NCBI GenBank assembly: GCA_051439605.1
Contig: JBFRWN010000017.1
Coordinates: forward strand, 1 to 64,000
Reading direction: 5' to 3'
DNA from: Synechococcus sp.
GTDB lineage: Bacteria; Cyanobacteriota; Cyanobacteriia; Thermostichales; PCC-7336
DNA length: 64,000 nucleotides
This document shows, piece after piece, positions 10,204 to 20,316 of the stretch. Every line of letters starts with the position of its first letter. Position 1 is the stretch's first letter. The notes beneath the pieces are model-generated. The model was not told the origin of the DNA, ran no database searches, and was given only the letters and a program-made list of their open reading frames with translations. Made by a program: the position numbers and the translations under genes.

Positions 10204-11040
10204 TTGCCCTGCTACCTTGCAAGAAAATTTTCATCAGGATCGATTTGTGTGCCGCCAGCTTTAGACCTAGAGCAAGCAATTCGCCAGCTAGGCCTTCCGA
10301 TTGAGGAATACCGCTCGAATCCTTATCGGATGCTGAAACGCCAAAAGGCTGGGACATGGATGGTATTGAGCGGAACAGCATTATTAGTGGGGGCTTTCTG
10401 GCTGGGAAGACCACTAGTACTATCCGAACCTCTGTTTGCAATACTCTTCACGGCTATGGTTGCAGGATTTGTTCTGCTAGCTACGGGATTTTGGTTTGTG
10501 GCTACCGCCGCTAGATCGAAAAGCTTTAAGTTTGTCGTTTTCGAGCAAGGGTTTCACTGTGAAACACTCAAACGGGTGGAGTGGGGGCGGTGGGACACCA
10601 TCTCCACGGTTCGAATGAAGTCTTGGTCCAGTGTAGGAGGTCGTAGATTTCTGTGTCAGTTACGACTTCAGAATGGATTGGAGTTGAAATTTGTCAACAA
10701 TACTATCGATTTTCCGGGAATTGCCCACCTGTGCGATCGCATTCAACTAGAGTTGACCAGCCGGCAATTGCCCCAAGCCCTGGAAACTTTTGAACAGGGG
10801 GAAACCCTCCGTTTCGGGTTAATTAAGGTAGATTCCGCCGGGATTACCAAAGGCAAGCGATTTTTGCCATGGAAACTCGTTCGGAATATGCAGTTGGAGA
10901 AGGGTGCAATTGTCATCACTAGCGACAATGGGCCCATCCATTGGCCTGATGCAACCCCCTACACGGTGCCAAATATTTTTGTCTTGCTTTCGTTGGTTGA
11001 GCAAGTAGTGCCCCGCATGTATCGAGTACCGCTGACTTAG
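10204..11040 (+). CDS. Hypothetical protein with two TM helices and a soluble C-terminal domain (DUF6585-like); start uncertain
   Basis: Two hydrophobic segments; C-terminal LP.AL..F.QGETL.FG...LPW...VPNIFVLL pattern. Confidence 0.6.
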   Translation: MPCYLARKFSSGSICVPPALDLEQAIRQLGLPIEEYRSNPYRMLKRQKAGTWMVLSGTALLVGAFWLGRPLVLSEPLFAILFTAMVAGFVLLATGFWFVATAARSKSFKFVVFEQGFHCETLKRVEWGRWDTISTVRMKSWSSVGGRRFLCQLRLQNGLELKFVNNTIDFPGIAHLCDRIQLELTSRQLPQALETFEQGETLRFGLIKVDSAGITKGKRFLPWKLVRNMQLEKGAIVITSDNGPIHWPDATPYTVPNIFVLLSLVEQVVPRMYRVPLT

Positions 11041-11954
11041 CCTTTTGTTCCGACTCCACCTTCCCGAGCTTCGCGCAGATTTCCATTGGCTGCCTCCAAC
11101 TGTCTGGTGGCTGTTAAGTAATCGCATCCTAACCAGTGCATCAGCAGGGCTGGCTTGACTTGATTGTTTGCCTCCTCAAGCAGTTGGATGGCAAGTGGCC
11201 GATCGCAGCCGGTGAGATGGGTTAAGATTCGCACCGCGCGATCGTGCAGCTTTGCATTCGTTACAGCCACATCCACCATCAAGTTGCTGTAAACCTTCCC
11301 CAGTTGCACCATGATGCCTGTGGAGAGAGTATTGAGCACCAGTTTGGTGGCAGTACCGGCTTTCATGCGGGTGGATCCCGTTAAGATCTCAGGACCAACC
11401 AGCACTCGTATATTCACATCGCATGTCATCGGCACCTGTACCTCTGAAACACAGGCAAAAAAAAGTGTGGTTGCTTGGCGATCGCGGGCTTCCGCCAGCG
11501 CTCCATGGACAAAGGGGGTTGTCCCTCCAGCTGCGATGCCCATCACGACATCTGACGGAGTAATCCTCCGCGCAGCAATTTCCGCCCCTCCGGCTGACCA
11601 TTCATCCTCTTTGCCTTCTGCACTTCGCACCAAAGCATCAGCCCCACCAGCAATAATCCCTTGCACAAGCTCGGGAGGTACCTGGAAGGTGGGAGGACAT
11701 TCTGCAGCATCGAGTACTGCCAGACGACCGCTGGTGCCAGCTCCAACGTAAAACAGTCTTCCCCCCTGTCGAAGTGCAGCCGCGGTCAGGTCAATGGCTT
11801 TGGCGATTTCTGTTCGCTGAAGAGCTACCGCCTGTGCAATTTTGGCATCTTCAGCGTTGATGACATCCACTAGCTCCAGACTGGAGAGTCTATCGATATC
11901 GACAGTCCCTTGGTTGATTTGTTCAGTCAGTAAGCTGCCGCGATCGCCGATCAT
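11037..11954 (-). CDS. murQ: N-acetylmuramic acid 6-phosphate etherase
   Basis: GAGTSGRL, DAAECPPTF, GPEILTGSTRMKAGTATK, VYSNLMVDV. Confidence 0.96.
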   Translation of the reverse strand: MIGDRGSLLTEQINQGTVDIDRLSSLELVDVINAEDAKIAQAVALQRTEIAKAIDLTAAALRQGGRLFYVGAGTSGRLAVLDAAECPPTFQVPPELVQGIIAGGADALVRSAEGKEDEWSAGGAEIAARRITPSDVVMGIAAGGTTPFVHGALAEARDRQATTLFFACVSEVQVPMTCDVNIRVLVGPEILTGSTRMKAGTATKLVLNTLSTGIMVQLGKVYSNLMVDVAVTNAKLHDRAVRILTHLTGCDRPLAIQLLEEANNQVKPALLMHWLGCDYLTATRQLEAANGNLREAREGGVGTKG

Positions 11955-12170
11955 GGAGCGCTCCGTTTCGATTGTTCTATGTTTGATGTGGGCTCACATT
12001 TAAGCTTAGCGAGAAGAATACTCCCAGTTCCTTCTAAGTAATTTCCCCGATACCATTGCGATCGGTGCGGAACCACACAACGTCTTGCCGACTACACACT
12101 TTATCAAGTTGCTTCAAAATAGGCACTCTTTTTTTAGAGTCATGCATGAAACGTTCGAAAGGAATTTAAA

Positions 12171-13049
12171 ATGTCCGTAAAAGCGATTGGGGCACTGGCG
12201 GTATTGGGAGCCGTAGGCACGGCTGGGTATTACGGTTTATCCAGCTATCAAACTAGCCAAATTGAGCAAGGAATTGCGGATGCAATGGCCGAGCACGCAC
12301 CTGAGTTGCAGCTGGAGTATGCCTCTATCCAAAGTCGATTGCTCTCTAAGCGGGTCGAAATCCGTGACGTTTCGATCAGTCTTGATTCAGGAGAAAGCGC
12401 CAACATCGACCGGATTATCGTGCACGATCTCGACACCGATAATGATGTTCCTCAATATATGCACGTCACTGCTGAAGGGATCAGTTTAGGGGAGTCGACA
12501 GTTGGTCCTCAATCGCTGGTTCTCAATGCTTTAGGCTACGACTCTGATGAGTTAGTTGGGACTTTTGAACTGCAATACGACTTTGATGAGTCTTCGAAAG
12601 TTTTCGATGCGAGCGTAACGGCAACTGTGCAAGAAATGTGGACAGGATCGGCCCACTTTGTGTATGGAAATGTGGATTTGTCAGACGAGATTCCGTTTGA
12701 AAATCAAAATGTGACGCTCATTAGTGCGGAGCTAGCGTATGAAGACGACTCCTTGATTCCCCGTATCTACGAATTTGTGTCCAATATGCAGCAAATTTCC
12801 ACCCAAGAAGTGGAACAAATGGCATTGGGCTATGTCGATCAAATCCAGCCGTTTCTGCCAGAGGGAGACTTTAAACGTCAAATCACCACCGCAGCAGCAA
12901 CGTTTATTAAAAATCCTCAGAGCCTGCAAATTTCCATGCAACCCAGCACCCCGCTAAAGATTCAGGAGCTAGCGCAAATGAACCCAGAGGACGATCTGGA
13001 GCAAATTGCCGATTTCTTTGGCATGACGATTACGGCGAATGCTCTATAA
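12171..13049 (+). CDS. Hypothetical acidic protein with N-terminal membrane anchor
   Basis: 292-aa ORF, AAGGA Shine-Dalgarno, hydrophobic N-terminus, followed by a terminator. Confidence 0.75.
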   Translation: MSVKAIGALAVLGAVGTAGYYGLSSYQTSQIEQGIADAMAEHAPELQLEYASIQSRLLSKRVEIRDVSISLDSGESANIDRIIVHDLDTDNDVPQYMHVTAEGISLGESTVGPQSLVLNALGYDSDELVGTFELQYDFDESSKVFDASVTATVQEMWTGSAHFVYGNVDLSDEIPFENQNVTLISAELAYEDDSLIPRIYEFVSNMQQISTQEVEQMALGYVDQIQPFLPEGDFKRQITTAAATFIKNPQSLQISMQPSTPLKIQELAQMNPEDDLEQIADFFGMTITANAL

Positions 13050-13075
13050 ATAGCCCGTTCTATCTTGTGCCAGGC

Positions 13076-13105
13076 AAACCTCCCCAATCGGGGAGGTTTT
13101 GTTTT
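13076..13105 (+). terminator. Intrinsic terminator
   Basis: AAACCTCCCC-aatc-GGGGAGGTTT followed by TGTTTT. Confidence 0.8.
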
Positions 13106-13234
13106 GGAAAATAGATGCGCGATGCCAAAGAGCGCAATAACTTGTCTCTGAGAGCATCTGAAGTTGGCTATGTTCATATCTGCCATTAAGCTAGGGATGC
13201 CCGAGGCGATCTACGCCAAAAGCAGTAATCCTTC

Positions 13235-14068
13235 ATGAGTCCGTTCGTCCTACCCCATTTTCCACTCACCGAAAGCGGTTACAAGAATTCGACAAATGAC
13301 TGCGACCCTGCCCCCATGAGCTTGAAAACGATTGCCCAGTCTAGCCATTTTTCATCTAACCAAACTGGGGCTAGCACTTTCAATAACACACACCTCAATC
13401 TTCACCACCAGTTCAACCTGCATCGCCTCGATCCGTGTCTGCAGCCTGAATTCCTGCATTTGTGGTCGGGGTTTTATTTCGGGGAAATGGCCGCAACAGA
13501 ACTATCTATCAGGCTTACAGAGATGGCCCCCGATCGCCATCTACAGCGATTTTCAGCAGAAACCCACCACGAAGACGAACAGTGGCATGCCGAGGTTTTC
13601 CAGGCACTGGTGCAGGCGTTGCCGGGCCATCCAGATATGCCCGCCCCCCCCACTTGGGCACAGGATGTAGTTCAGAAGGTGCGCAATTGCAACAGCTATT
13701 TAGAACTAACCGTAGGGTCGCTGGTGATAGAGGCTTCTGCAGTTTTTTTGCTGGAACTGCAAGCTGACTTTCCCGACGAGTTGGGCCAGATATTTCGCCG
13801 CATGCTGCTGCAGGAGAAAGGACATGTGGCCTTTGCTTCCCGTTATTTACACGAGCATTTTCGCAATAGCAATGCCCAACAGCGAAAGAGACTCAAGTCG
13901 CTAATGCTGGATACTTTCCGCTATATGCGAGATTCCATTCGGCCCCAGTTTATTGAATTGCACCTCAGTCCCGTTCTGCCATTATTAGGGATTTCAGTGC
14001 AGGATTATCAAGATCGGGCCAGAATGGCCAGCCGAAACGTTATCCGCTCTATCTTGCGACCGAGATAG
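13235..14068 (+). CDS. Ferritin-like di-iron carboxylate protein; start uncertain
   Basis: E...ExxH...E...ExxH ligand pattern: FGEMAA, DEQWH, VIEASA, QEKGH. Confidence 0.8.
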   Translation: MSPFVLPHFPLTESGYKNSTNDCDPAPMSLKTIAQSSHFSSNQTGASTFNNTHLNLHHQFNLHRLDPCLQPEFLHLWSGFYFGEMAATELSIRLTEMAPDRHLQRFSAETHHEDEQWHAEVFQALVQALPGHPDMPAPPTWAQDVVQKVRNCNSYLELTVGSLVIEASAVFLLELQADFPDELGQIFRRMLLQEKGHVAFASRYLHEHFRNSNAQQRKRLKSLMLDTFRYMRDSIRPQFIELHLSPVLPLLGISVQDYQDRARMASRNVIRSILRPR

Positions 14069-14362
14069 CTGCTCACCATGAGCGAGTTACTGTTTCAACT
14101 AGCTGTTATCCCATCGTTTCACTCGTCTTGGATTTGCGAATGGCAAGATGGTAGGAATTCTGCGGCCCGGTTGTGGCAGATGGCTCACAGTATGAATTGC
14201 CGATCGCAGACGGAGCAACCCAAAATCAATCGGTGCTCGAAATCAATCGGTGCCGTCGTTGCGATCGCATGACTTTAGATTCGTTTAAAAATGATTAAGT
14301 TGTAATCTGGTCTATATCGAGTTGACGTTAAGTATTTGGCTCGAACAATTGATTGACACCAC

Positions 14363-15877
14363 TTGCTGTTTCTCGAGATTCACGTTTTGCTGCCTTTCCC
14401 CCCGTTAATTGCCAGTGGTGCTGCAGCTGAAACTGCTGTAGAAGCGCCCGATAGTACGCTTGTGCTGATCTCCGTTTTGCTGTCTTTGGTAGTGATCTAC
14501 ATGGCCAGCAAAGTGATGGGGGAACTGTGCAATCGATTTAGCCTGCCCTCCGTCCTGGGTGAACTGCTGGGTGGTGTCTTAGTGGGTGCTTCGGTGCTGC
14601 ACCTGCTGGTCTTCCCCGAGGGCTCTATCTCTCCTGGAGAGCTATTTGAGCTGGCCCAGTCATCGCAAGTGATGCACTTGCTGGAGGCCACAGCGGGGCT
14701 GACGGTCGACAACGCCAGTGGGGTATTTGCTTCGCAGGCAGAAGTGATTGATCTCCTATCGGAACTGGGGGTGATTATTTTATTGTTCGAGATTGGTCTA
14801 GAGTCCGACCTCGTAGAGCTGCTTCGTGTGGGTCCTCAGGCTGCTGCGGTGGCCATTGTAGGCGTCACTGTTCCGTTTGCAATCGGCACTCTGGGCCTCC
14901 TTTATCTGTTCCACGTTCCGACAGTAGCTGCGATTTTTGCGGGAGCCGCCTTAACTGCAACCAGTATTGGAATTACCGCTCGCGTGCTGGCTGAGCTCGA
15001 TCGCCTAGGGTCGGCAGAGGGGCAAATCATTATTGGGGCTGCAGTCTTGGATGACATCCTCGGGATTGTTATTTTGGCGGTGGTGGCAGGCTTAGCAAAA
15101 ACCGGAGAAGTGGATTTAGCCAACGTCGGCGTCATCATCGTCAGTGCGGTGGTGTTCCTGGTGGGGGCGATCGTAATAGGCCGTCTGGTCAGCCCCTACC
15201 TGATCTCCTTAGTTGATGGTATGGGAACCCGCGGAAAGTACCTGATTCCAGGGCTGGTTGCTGCATTTGTATTGGGATATGTCGGGCAAGTTTTACAACT
15301 AGAGGCGATTTTAGGGGCCTTTGCTGCCGGTTTGATTTTGGCGGAAACCGATCGCCATCACGAATTTGAGGAACAAATTAAACCCGTTTCCGACCTCTTG
15401 ACTCCAATTTTCTTTGTATCTGTGGGCGCCAAAACCAACCTAGCGGTGCTCAATCCTGCTAACCCCGACAACATTGAGGGACTGGTGATTGCTTCTTTTC
15501 TGATTGTGGTGGCGATTATCGGTAAAATCGCCGCCGGTTGGGGAGTATTTGGCAAAAATGAAGTCAACAAGTACGCCATTGGAGTAGGCATGATCCCCCG
15601 TGGTGAGGTGGGATTGGTCTTTGCAGGAGTTGGTGCCGCCAGCGGCGCATTGCCCCCTGCGTTGGATGCGGCCATTATTGTCATGGTGATTGTGACTACG
15701 TTTGTTGCGCCACTGTGGCTGCGATCGGCCTTCAAAGGTCAAGAGAAACCTTCAGTGTTGGCAGAAGAGTCCGCATCTTTGAGTGACCTGAAAGAAGCCG
15801 TGATTACTCAAGATGCAGAGGCTCAGCCAGAACCGGAGCTGGCTGAACTACCCGCAACTGAACCCGAGCAGACCTAA
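14363..15877 (+). CDS. CPA2 Na+/H+ antiporter (NhaS3-like)
   Basis: LFEIGLESD, ALTATSIGIT, AAVLDDILG and GMIPRGEVGL motifs; many TM helices. Confidence 0.92.
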   Translation: MLFLEIHVLLPFPPLIASGAAAETAVEAPDSTLVLISVLLSLVVIYMASKVMGELCNRFSLPSVLGELLGGVLVGASVLHLLVFPEGSISPGELFELAQSSQVMHLLEATAGLTVDNASGVFASQAEVIDLLSELGVIILLFEIGLESDLVELLRVGPQAAAVAIVGVTVPFAIGTLGLLYLFHVPTVAAIFAGAALTATSIGITARVLAELDRLGSAEGQIIIGAAVLDDILGIVILAVVAGLAKTGEVDLANVGVIIVSAVVFLVGAIVIGRLVSPYLISLVDGMGTRGKYLIPGLVAAFVLGYVGQVLQLEAILGAFAAGLILAETDRHHEFEEQIKPVSDLLTPIFFVSVGAKTNLAVLNPANPDNIEGLVIASFLIVVAIIGKIAAGWGVFGKNEVNKYAIGVGMIPRGEVGLVFAGVGAASGALPPALDAAIIVMVIVTTFVAPLWLRSAFKGQEKPSVLAEESASLSDLKEAVITQDAEAQPEPELAELPATEPEQT

Positions 15878-15902
15878 GTTTTCCATGGGGGAATGAGAAG
15901 AT

Positions 15903-16751
15903 ATGGGAGCGCCTCCCAACGGTGAACGTACCGTTCCTGAAAATGATTCGCGGGAGAAGGATGTTCTAGGACTGACCCCAACTGATTTGAACTTGCATAA
16001 AAATAATCCTTTCCAGCCCCCCTTATCTCAACGATCAATACCAGCAATTGACCCACTGATGTGGTTACTGCAAGTTTCTGACTCAGCGTTGCCAATTGGC
16101 AGCTACTCCCATTCTTGGGGTCTAGAAACAGCTATCCAGCAAGATCGTCTCACCTCTGCTACTGAGGTAAACCAATACCTGACCGGACTGTTGCACCAAG
16201 CGATCGCGCCACAGGAGGGGACTGCCTGCCTACTCGCCCATCGGTACAACATCGGCAAAGATACGGCTGCGTTCTTGCAACTGCAGCAAGAATTAACTGC
16301 CGCCCGCTGGGCTACAGAACCGTTGCGTGCCAGCCTAGAGCTGGGGCAACGGCTGAATCGCTGGGCTCAATCTACGTGGAAGCTGTCTTGCCCAGTTCCG
16401 GATGAGGGGAAAGACTCCCTTGATGCTGGATCTCTCCACAATGACTCGCAACTGCACCACTGCGCAGCTTTTGGGTGGCTGTGTGGCTTGGCAGGGGTAT
16501 CAGAAGACGAGACGGTGCGAGCTTATCTACTGGGGTCGCTAACTAATTTAGTTTCGGCAGCAGTTCGGCTAGTGCCCCTCGGGCATTCTCAGGGGCAGCA
16601 AATCTTGGCAACGCTTCATCATGAAATTGCGACCGCCATTCCTGACATCATCTCTCGCAAATCCTCTATGCACTTGAATAGCTTTGCGCCACTCTTGGAA
16701 CGAGATTGCCAAGCCCATCGTTCTCTGTATTCCCGTCTGTTTCAGTCTTAA
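15903..16751 (+). CDS. ureF: Urease accessory protein UreF
   Basis: LLQVSDSALPIGSYSHSWGLE, SAAVRLVPLG and C-terminal YSRLFQS. Confidence 0.93.
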   Translation: MGAPPNGERTVPENDSREKDVLGLTPTDLNLHKNNPFQPPLSQRSIPAIDPLMWLLQVSDSALPIGSYSHSWGLETAIQQDRLTSATEVNQYLTGLLHQAIAPQEGTACLLAHRYNIGKDTAAFLQLQQELTAARWATEPLRASLELGQRLNRWAQSTWKLSCPVPDEGKDSLDAGSLHNDSQLHHCAAFGWLCGLAGVSEDETVRAYLLGSLTNLVSAAVRLVPLGHSQGQQILATLHHEIATAIPDIISRKSSMHLNSFAPLLERDCQAHRSLYSRLFQS

Positions 16752-16830
16752 GCTTTACACATTACCCCTATCTCCATCGATTCTCATTTTGCGATAGGCT
16801 CAAACGGCAGGATTTTAGTCATTCCCATCC

Positions 16831-17481
16831 ATGCTGATTGATTTAACGCTTGACGAGATGGATCGGGTGATTCCGATTGCCCCCACCGGCACGCAGTACG
16901 GCCGCTATATTAGTAACGTCTTCCTTAATCTAGAACGCTTGATTGTTGGTTTTGGGATTGGGGTGGCCCTGCTAGTGATGTCTCGGCTGTTCAGCGAAAC
17001 GGGATTAGGATTCCTCTTGTTTATGGGTGGGGTATTTGCGGCTTTATATCCTTTCCTGCTAGGACCGCTAACCGAAATTACTCGACGCAACAATACTTAC
17101 CGGAATTTGCCATACGGATGCTTTTTCTTTGGAGTGGTAGAGGAAGTAGAAAGCACAGAAATTTTGGTAGACGAGATCGAGCGGATTGATGAGGAAGGGG
17201 AGCTGTATGTAGAGGAGGTGCGCGAACAAGAGTTGCGCCTCAGAATTAGGGACAAGGAGGGATTTTCGTTCGTACTGAGAACTCGCGATGAACCTGCTTA
17301 CGAATCGATTGTTCCGAATCAGTCGGTGATTGCTTTGATCAAGTCCTACAACAGCAATCTGCGTAACCCAATTGTAAGCGAGGTGTACGTCGTTAAATTA
17401 GGGCTGTGGGTGGGGGATGTTTCATATCTCAAGCGGGATGATTTTCTCGATTTGGCGAATAGTTTGGTAGATATGTACTGA
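16831..17481 (+). CDS. Conserved cyanobacterial hypothetical membrane protein
   Basis: 216-aa ORF, two TM helices followed by an acidic beta-rich domain; N-terminal IP.APTG.QY pattern. Confidence 0.7.
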   Translation: MLIDLTLDEMDRVIPIAPTGTQYGRYISNVFLNLERLIVGFGIGVALLVMSRLFSETGLGFLLFMGGVFAALYPFLLGPLTEITRRNNTYRNLPYGCFFFGVVEEVESTEILVDEIERIDEEGELYVEEVREQELRLRIRDKEGFSFVLRTRDEPAYESIVPNQSVIALIKSYNSNLRNPIVSEVYVVKLGLWVGDVSYLKRDDFLDLANSLVDMY

Positions 17482-17904
17482 ATGGGAGGTAGTTTCCTTC
17501 AAAACCTCTTGGTTTGGGACATGCCTGAGCAGGTAGCGTAACAGCCGCTCAGCTGCAGTGGTTGGTTGGAGTGGGCTTCGAATGACTTGCAGAACTCATC
17601 CACCTCCCAAAACAGTTGTCTAATATCGAGACGAGATTTTATTGCCATGGCCGGCACCGCACAATATTTGCTTTAAAAGGTATCGACCTTGTTCTTCGCG
17701 ACTCTCTCAATCGAACTGACGTCACTTAGGTTCTGGCCGCAGCTCTGCCGTCGTTTGGACTATTTCTATTGAAGTTGGTGTTGAAGTTGAAGCTGACGCC
17801 AACTAGGCTCAAATTACCTTCGTTAAAGCTTTCAGAGAAAAAAGGCCTCTGAAGCTAAGACTCCAGAGACTCTAGAATTTAAACAAGACACTAATTACTG
17901 AATT

Positions 17905-17930
17905 TTCAGCCCGTAATTCAACGGGCTGAA
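17905..17930. terminator. Stem-loop downstream of the Crp-family gene
   Basis: TTCAGCCCGT-aattca-ACGGGCTGAA, perfect 10-bp stem between convergent genes. Confidence 0.65.
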
Positions 17931-17965
17931 GAAACAGACGAGAGGCCTAACAAGCCTAATTTCTT

Positions 17966-18652
17966 CTACGACCCAGGCTGAGACAGTTCGTAGGTGGCTT
18001 GGGGAGCATCAAATCCCTCCTGCGGAACTGCCGTTATTGGAGCCGGCAAACATAACTGATTTTGATCGAGCACCTTGATGAAGCCGCGCGAGCGCAATGT
18101 TCCAAGCGAGCGTGTAACAGTGACGCGGGTGGCCCCAATGGCATCGCCAATCTGAGAGTGGGTTAGAGTCCAGGGTAGAACCAGACCGTGGGGGGAAGGC
18201 TCACCATATTCTTCTAGCAGGAGAGTAAGGAAACCTTTGAGCCGATCGATCGCACGGCGCTGACCGAGGTTTCCCAACCAAAGCAACTTCCGTTGTAATT
18301 GCTGACGGAAGGCAGCCTGGACTAGCTGGTACAGGCGAGGCCATTCCCGCAAATCTTCCCAATAGAACCACATAACAGTGGTGAAGTCTGTGTGACTAAA
18401 TGCTTGTAACTGGAATTGCTCTTGAGAAATCACTTCGAAAGGTGACCCCCCGAAATGGAATCCCACAAAAACCTCGCGGCGCTCGGGGGTGATACTAACT
18501 AGCCGAACCATACCTTGCTGTACTAGATAGACTAGGCCGGGTCGTGTGGGTATACGCTCGTCTTTTGCGAATGTTCGAGAATGGAAGCGCTCTTCTGCCC
18601 ATTGACAAACCTCGCTCCATTCGGGAGCCTGCCGAATCGAAACAATACTCAT
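17966..18652 (-). CDS. Crp/Fnr family transcriptional regulator
   Basis: N-terminal cNMP-like barrel (VYLVQQGMVRL) and HTH LTHSQIGDAIGATRVTVTR. Confidence 0.9.
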   Translation of the reverse strand: MSIVSIRQAPEWSEVCQWAEERFHSRTFAKDERIPTRPGLVYLVQQGMVRLVSITPERREVFVGFHFGGSPFEVISQEQFQLQAFSHTDFTTVMWFYWEDLREWPRLYQLVQAAFRQQLQRKLLWLGNLGQRRAIDRLKGFLTLLLEEYGEPSPHGLVLPWTLTHSQIGDAIGATRVTVTRSLGTLRSRGFIKVLDQNQLCLPAPITAVPQEGFDAPQATYELSQPGS

Positions 18653-19568
18653 TTAGATCAACCTCGCGTCTTGATTCAGGTAAGTAGAAATATCGACTAC
18701 AGCCGGAACTCCTACGTTTTTCGTACTGACTATTGTGAAAGAATTTACCATGAGCAACATAGTGCACTTAACAAAGACTTCACACAGTGCTTCTAATTTA
18801 CAATGCCATCACATAACGACCAATGAGAATAAGTATATACACGCAAGACGACCAAAAGCACTATGCAGTTTGGCTTCAGATGCGCAATTGCTCCTTTCGG
18901 CGTGTCTTTTCCGATTCCAAAGATACTTCCGCCTCACAAGAGAACCAAAAACAGACCAATACAGTATAAAAATATTCTTTTAAGCATTGCGCTCTAGTTA
19001 TCCTTTTACCGGGAAATCCCGGCTTCCCTGATGCCGCCTCCTCGCCTTCTTCAAAGAAGGAATTACTATGCACCCATCCTATCGGCAAAAAGGAGTAAAA
19101 CAAACAGAAACATAAGCATAAATGTATATATTAAATCTCATACGGTATAGAAATAGACAGTTTTTACTTATTTACCGCTAAAAAGCATTCCTTGAGGCAA
19201 GCTCTGGCCCTCCACTGTGTAAAAGAACTGATTAGGTCGGCAATCATAAAGATTTTATGAAGATGTCAAGATGTGTAGAGTTTTTTAAACTGTCGATCTG
19301 AAATACCTCGAGCAGGCAGAGAAGGCCATGTTCTGCCAGTAAAAGTCACTGGAAACAGGGGAGAGGTTTTTGAGTACCACTTTAAAATTGGCCAATTTTA
19401 AAAATTGCTTGACCAGTAACGATAATTATCTAAGGCGCCTAATGTTAATTATCGTTGCTCCGAACGCTAATTGGCTTGCAAGAGCGTTGAGCAGTCAAGG
19501 GCTTGCTGGCTGATGTGGCCGAGGTGAATAGATAATTTCAATACATCCAATAAAGGAGTGTCTCTCAA

Positions 19569-19859
19569 GTGTCTCTGCCAATAGAACAGCTGGAGCAATA
19601 CACAGCAATTCACCTGGATGAAGTGCTGCTACTGTCTGCGGAAGTAGATGGAGGATCTGATGAAATCTTGGTTTTCCGGGGCTATTCCAGTTCCACGATG
19701 AGACCGACGGCAGTGGACTTAAATGTTCCCGTGCTCTCAGCTGAGGGAAAGATTCTCTCGATCTCCCGCCTCAAAGCCCCTTTCAATACCCAATCTCCCA
19801 ACTATATTGAGCAAAATATCAGTTGGCAGGACTTTGTGGAAAGATTTCTCTCTGCTTAG
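19569..19859 (+). CDS. Conserved cyanobacterial small hypothetical protein
   Basis: LEQYT....EVL...D.ILVFRGYSSS.M.PT..D...PVL...I.RL.APF..P.YI pattern; AAGGAG Shine-Dalgarno. Confidence 0.8.
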   Translation: MSLPIEQLEQYTAIHLDEVLLLSAEVDGGSDEILVFRGYSSSTMRPTAVDLNVPVLSAEGKILSISRLKAPFNTQSPNYIEQNISWQDFVERFLSA

Positions 19860-19943
19860 AAGGTCTGGAATTGACAGGGCGGACATGAGTGGGGGATTGG
19901 CCGATCGTAAGTCGTCTCCGTCGCACCATCCCCTGAATGAGTA

Positions 19944-20219
19944 TTAACCCCCACTGACAGGAGGAATCAAAACCAATTCATCTCCAGACTGCAGTGGAGT
20001 TTCAGGATCGACAAATTCGAGGTTGATTCCGAAACGAGTTTGAGACTTCCATTTGGCTAAAGATGGGTATTGGCTCACGAGCAGATCGCACACCTCAATC
20101 GCTTTAGTTCCTAATGGGATATCAAGACATTGCTCTTCGGTGCCGATCGCCTCTTGATACGCTGCGAACAGTTTAACTGTGATGGTGATGGAGGAGGATG
20201 AAGAAGTCACGGGGGGCAA
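19944..20219 (-). CDS. moaD: Molybdopterin synthase sulfur carrier
   Basis: VKLFAAY...GDELVLIPPVSGG with C-terminal di-glycine. Confidence 0.92.
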   Translation of the reverse strand: MPPVTSSSSSITITVKLFAAYQEAIGTEEQCLDIPLGTKAIEVCDLLVSQYPSLAKWKSQTRFGINLEFVDPETPLQSGDELVLIPPVSGG

Positions 20220-20316
20220 TTACCACACGAAATAAAAACGGAGCAGAATTGAAACGGCAAATTGGCGAGCGAGGGGAGACATTTAATGACACTTGAGTTG
20301 TGGGTAGTGTGAACGG

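Noticed and set aside
15903..16751. Isolated ureF as a novel system
   Set aside because: Urease genes are commonly scattered in cyanobacteria.
18734..18749. CRP-like site TGTGA-N6-TTACC upstream of the Crp-family gene
   Set aside because: The second half matches only 3 of 5 bases in AT-rich DNA; too weak to call.
18495..19103. Short ORFs in the AT-rich region upstream of the Crp-family gene
   Set aside because: Mutually overlapping, atypical composition and no motifs; more likely promoter DNA.
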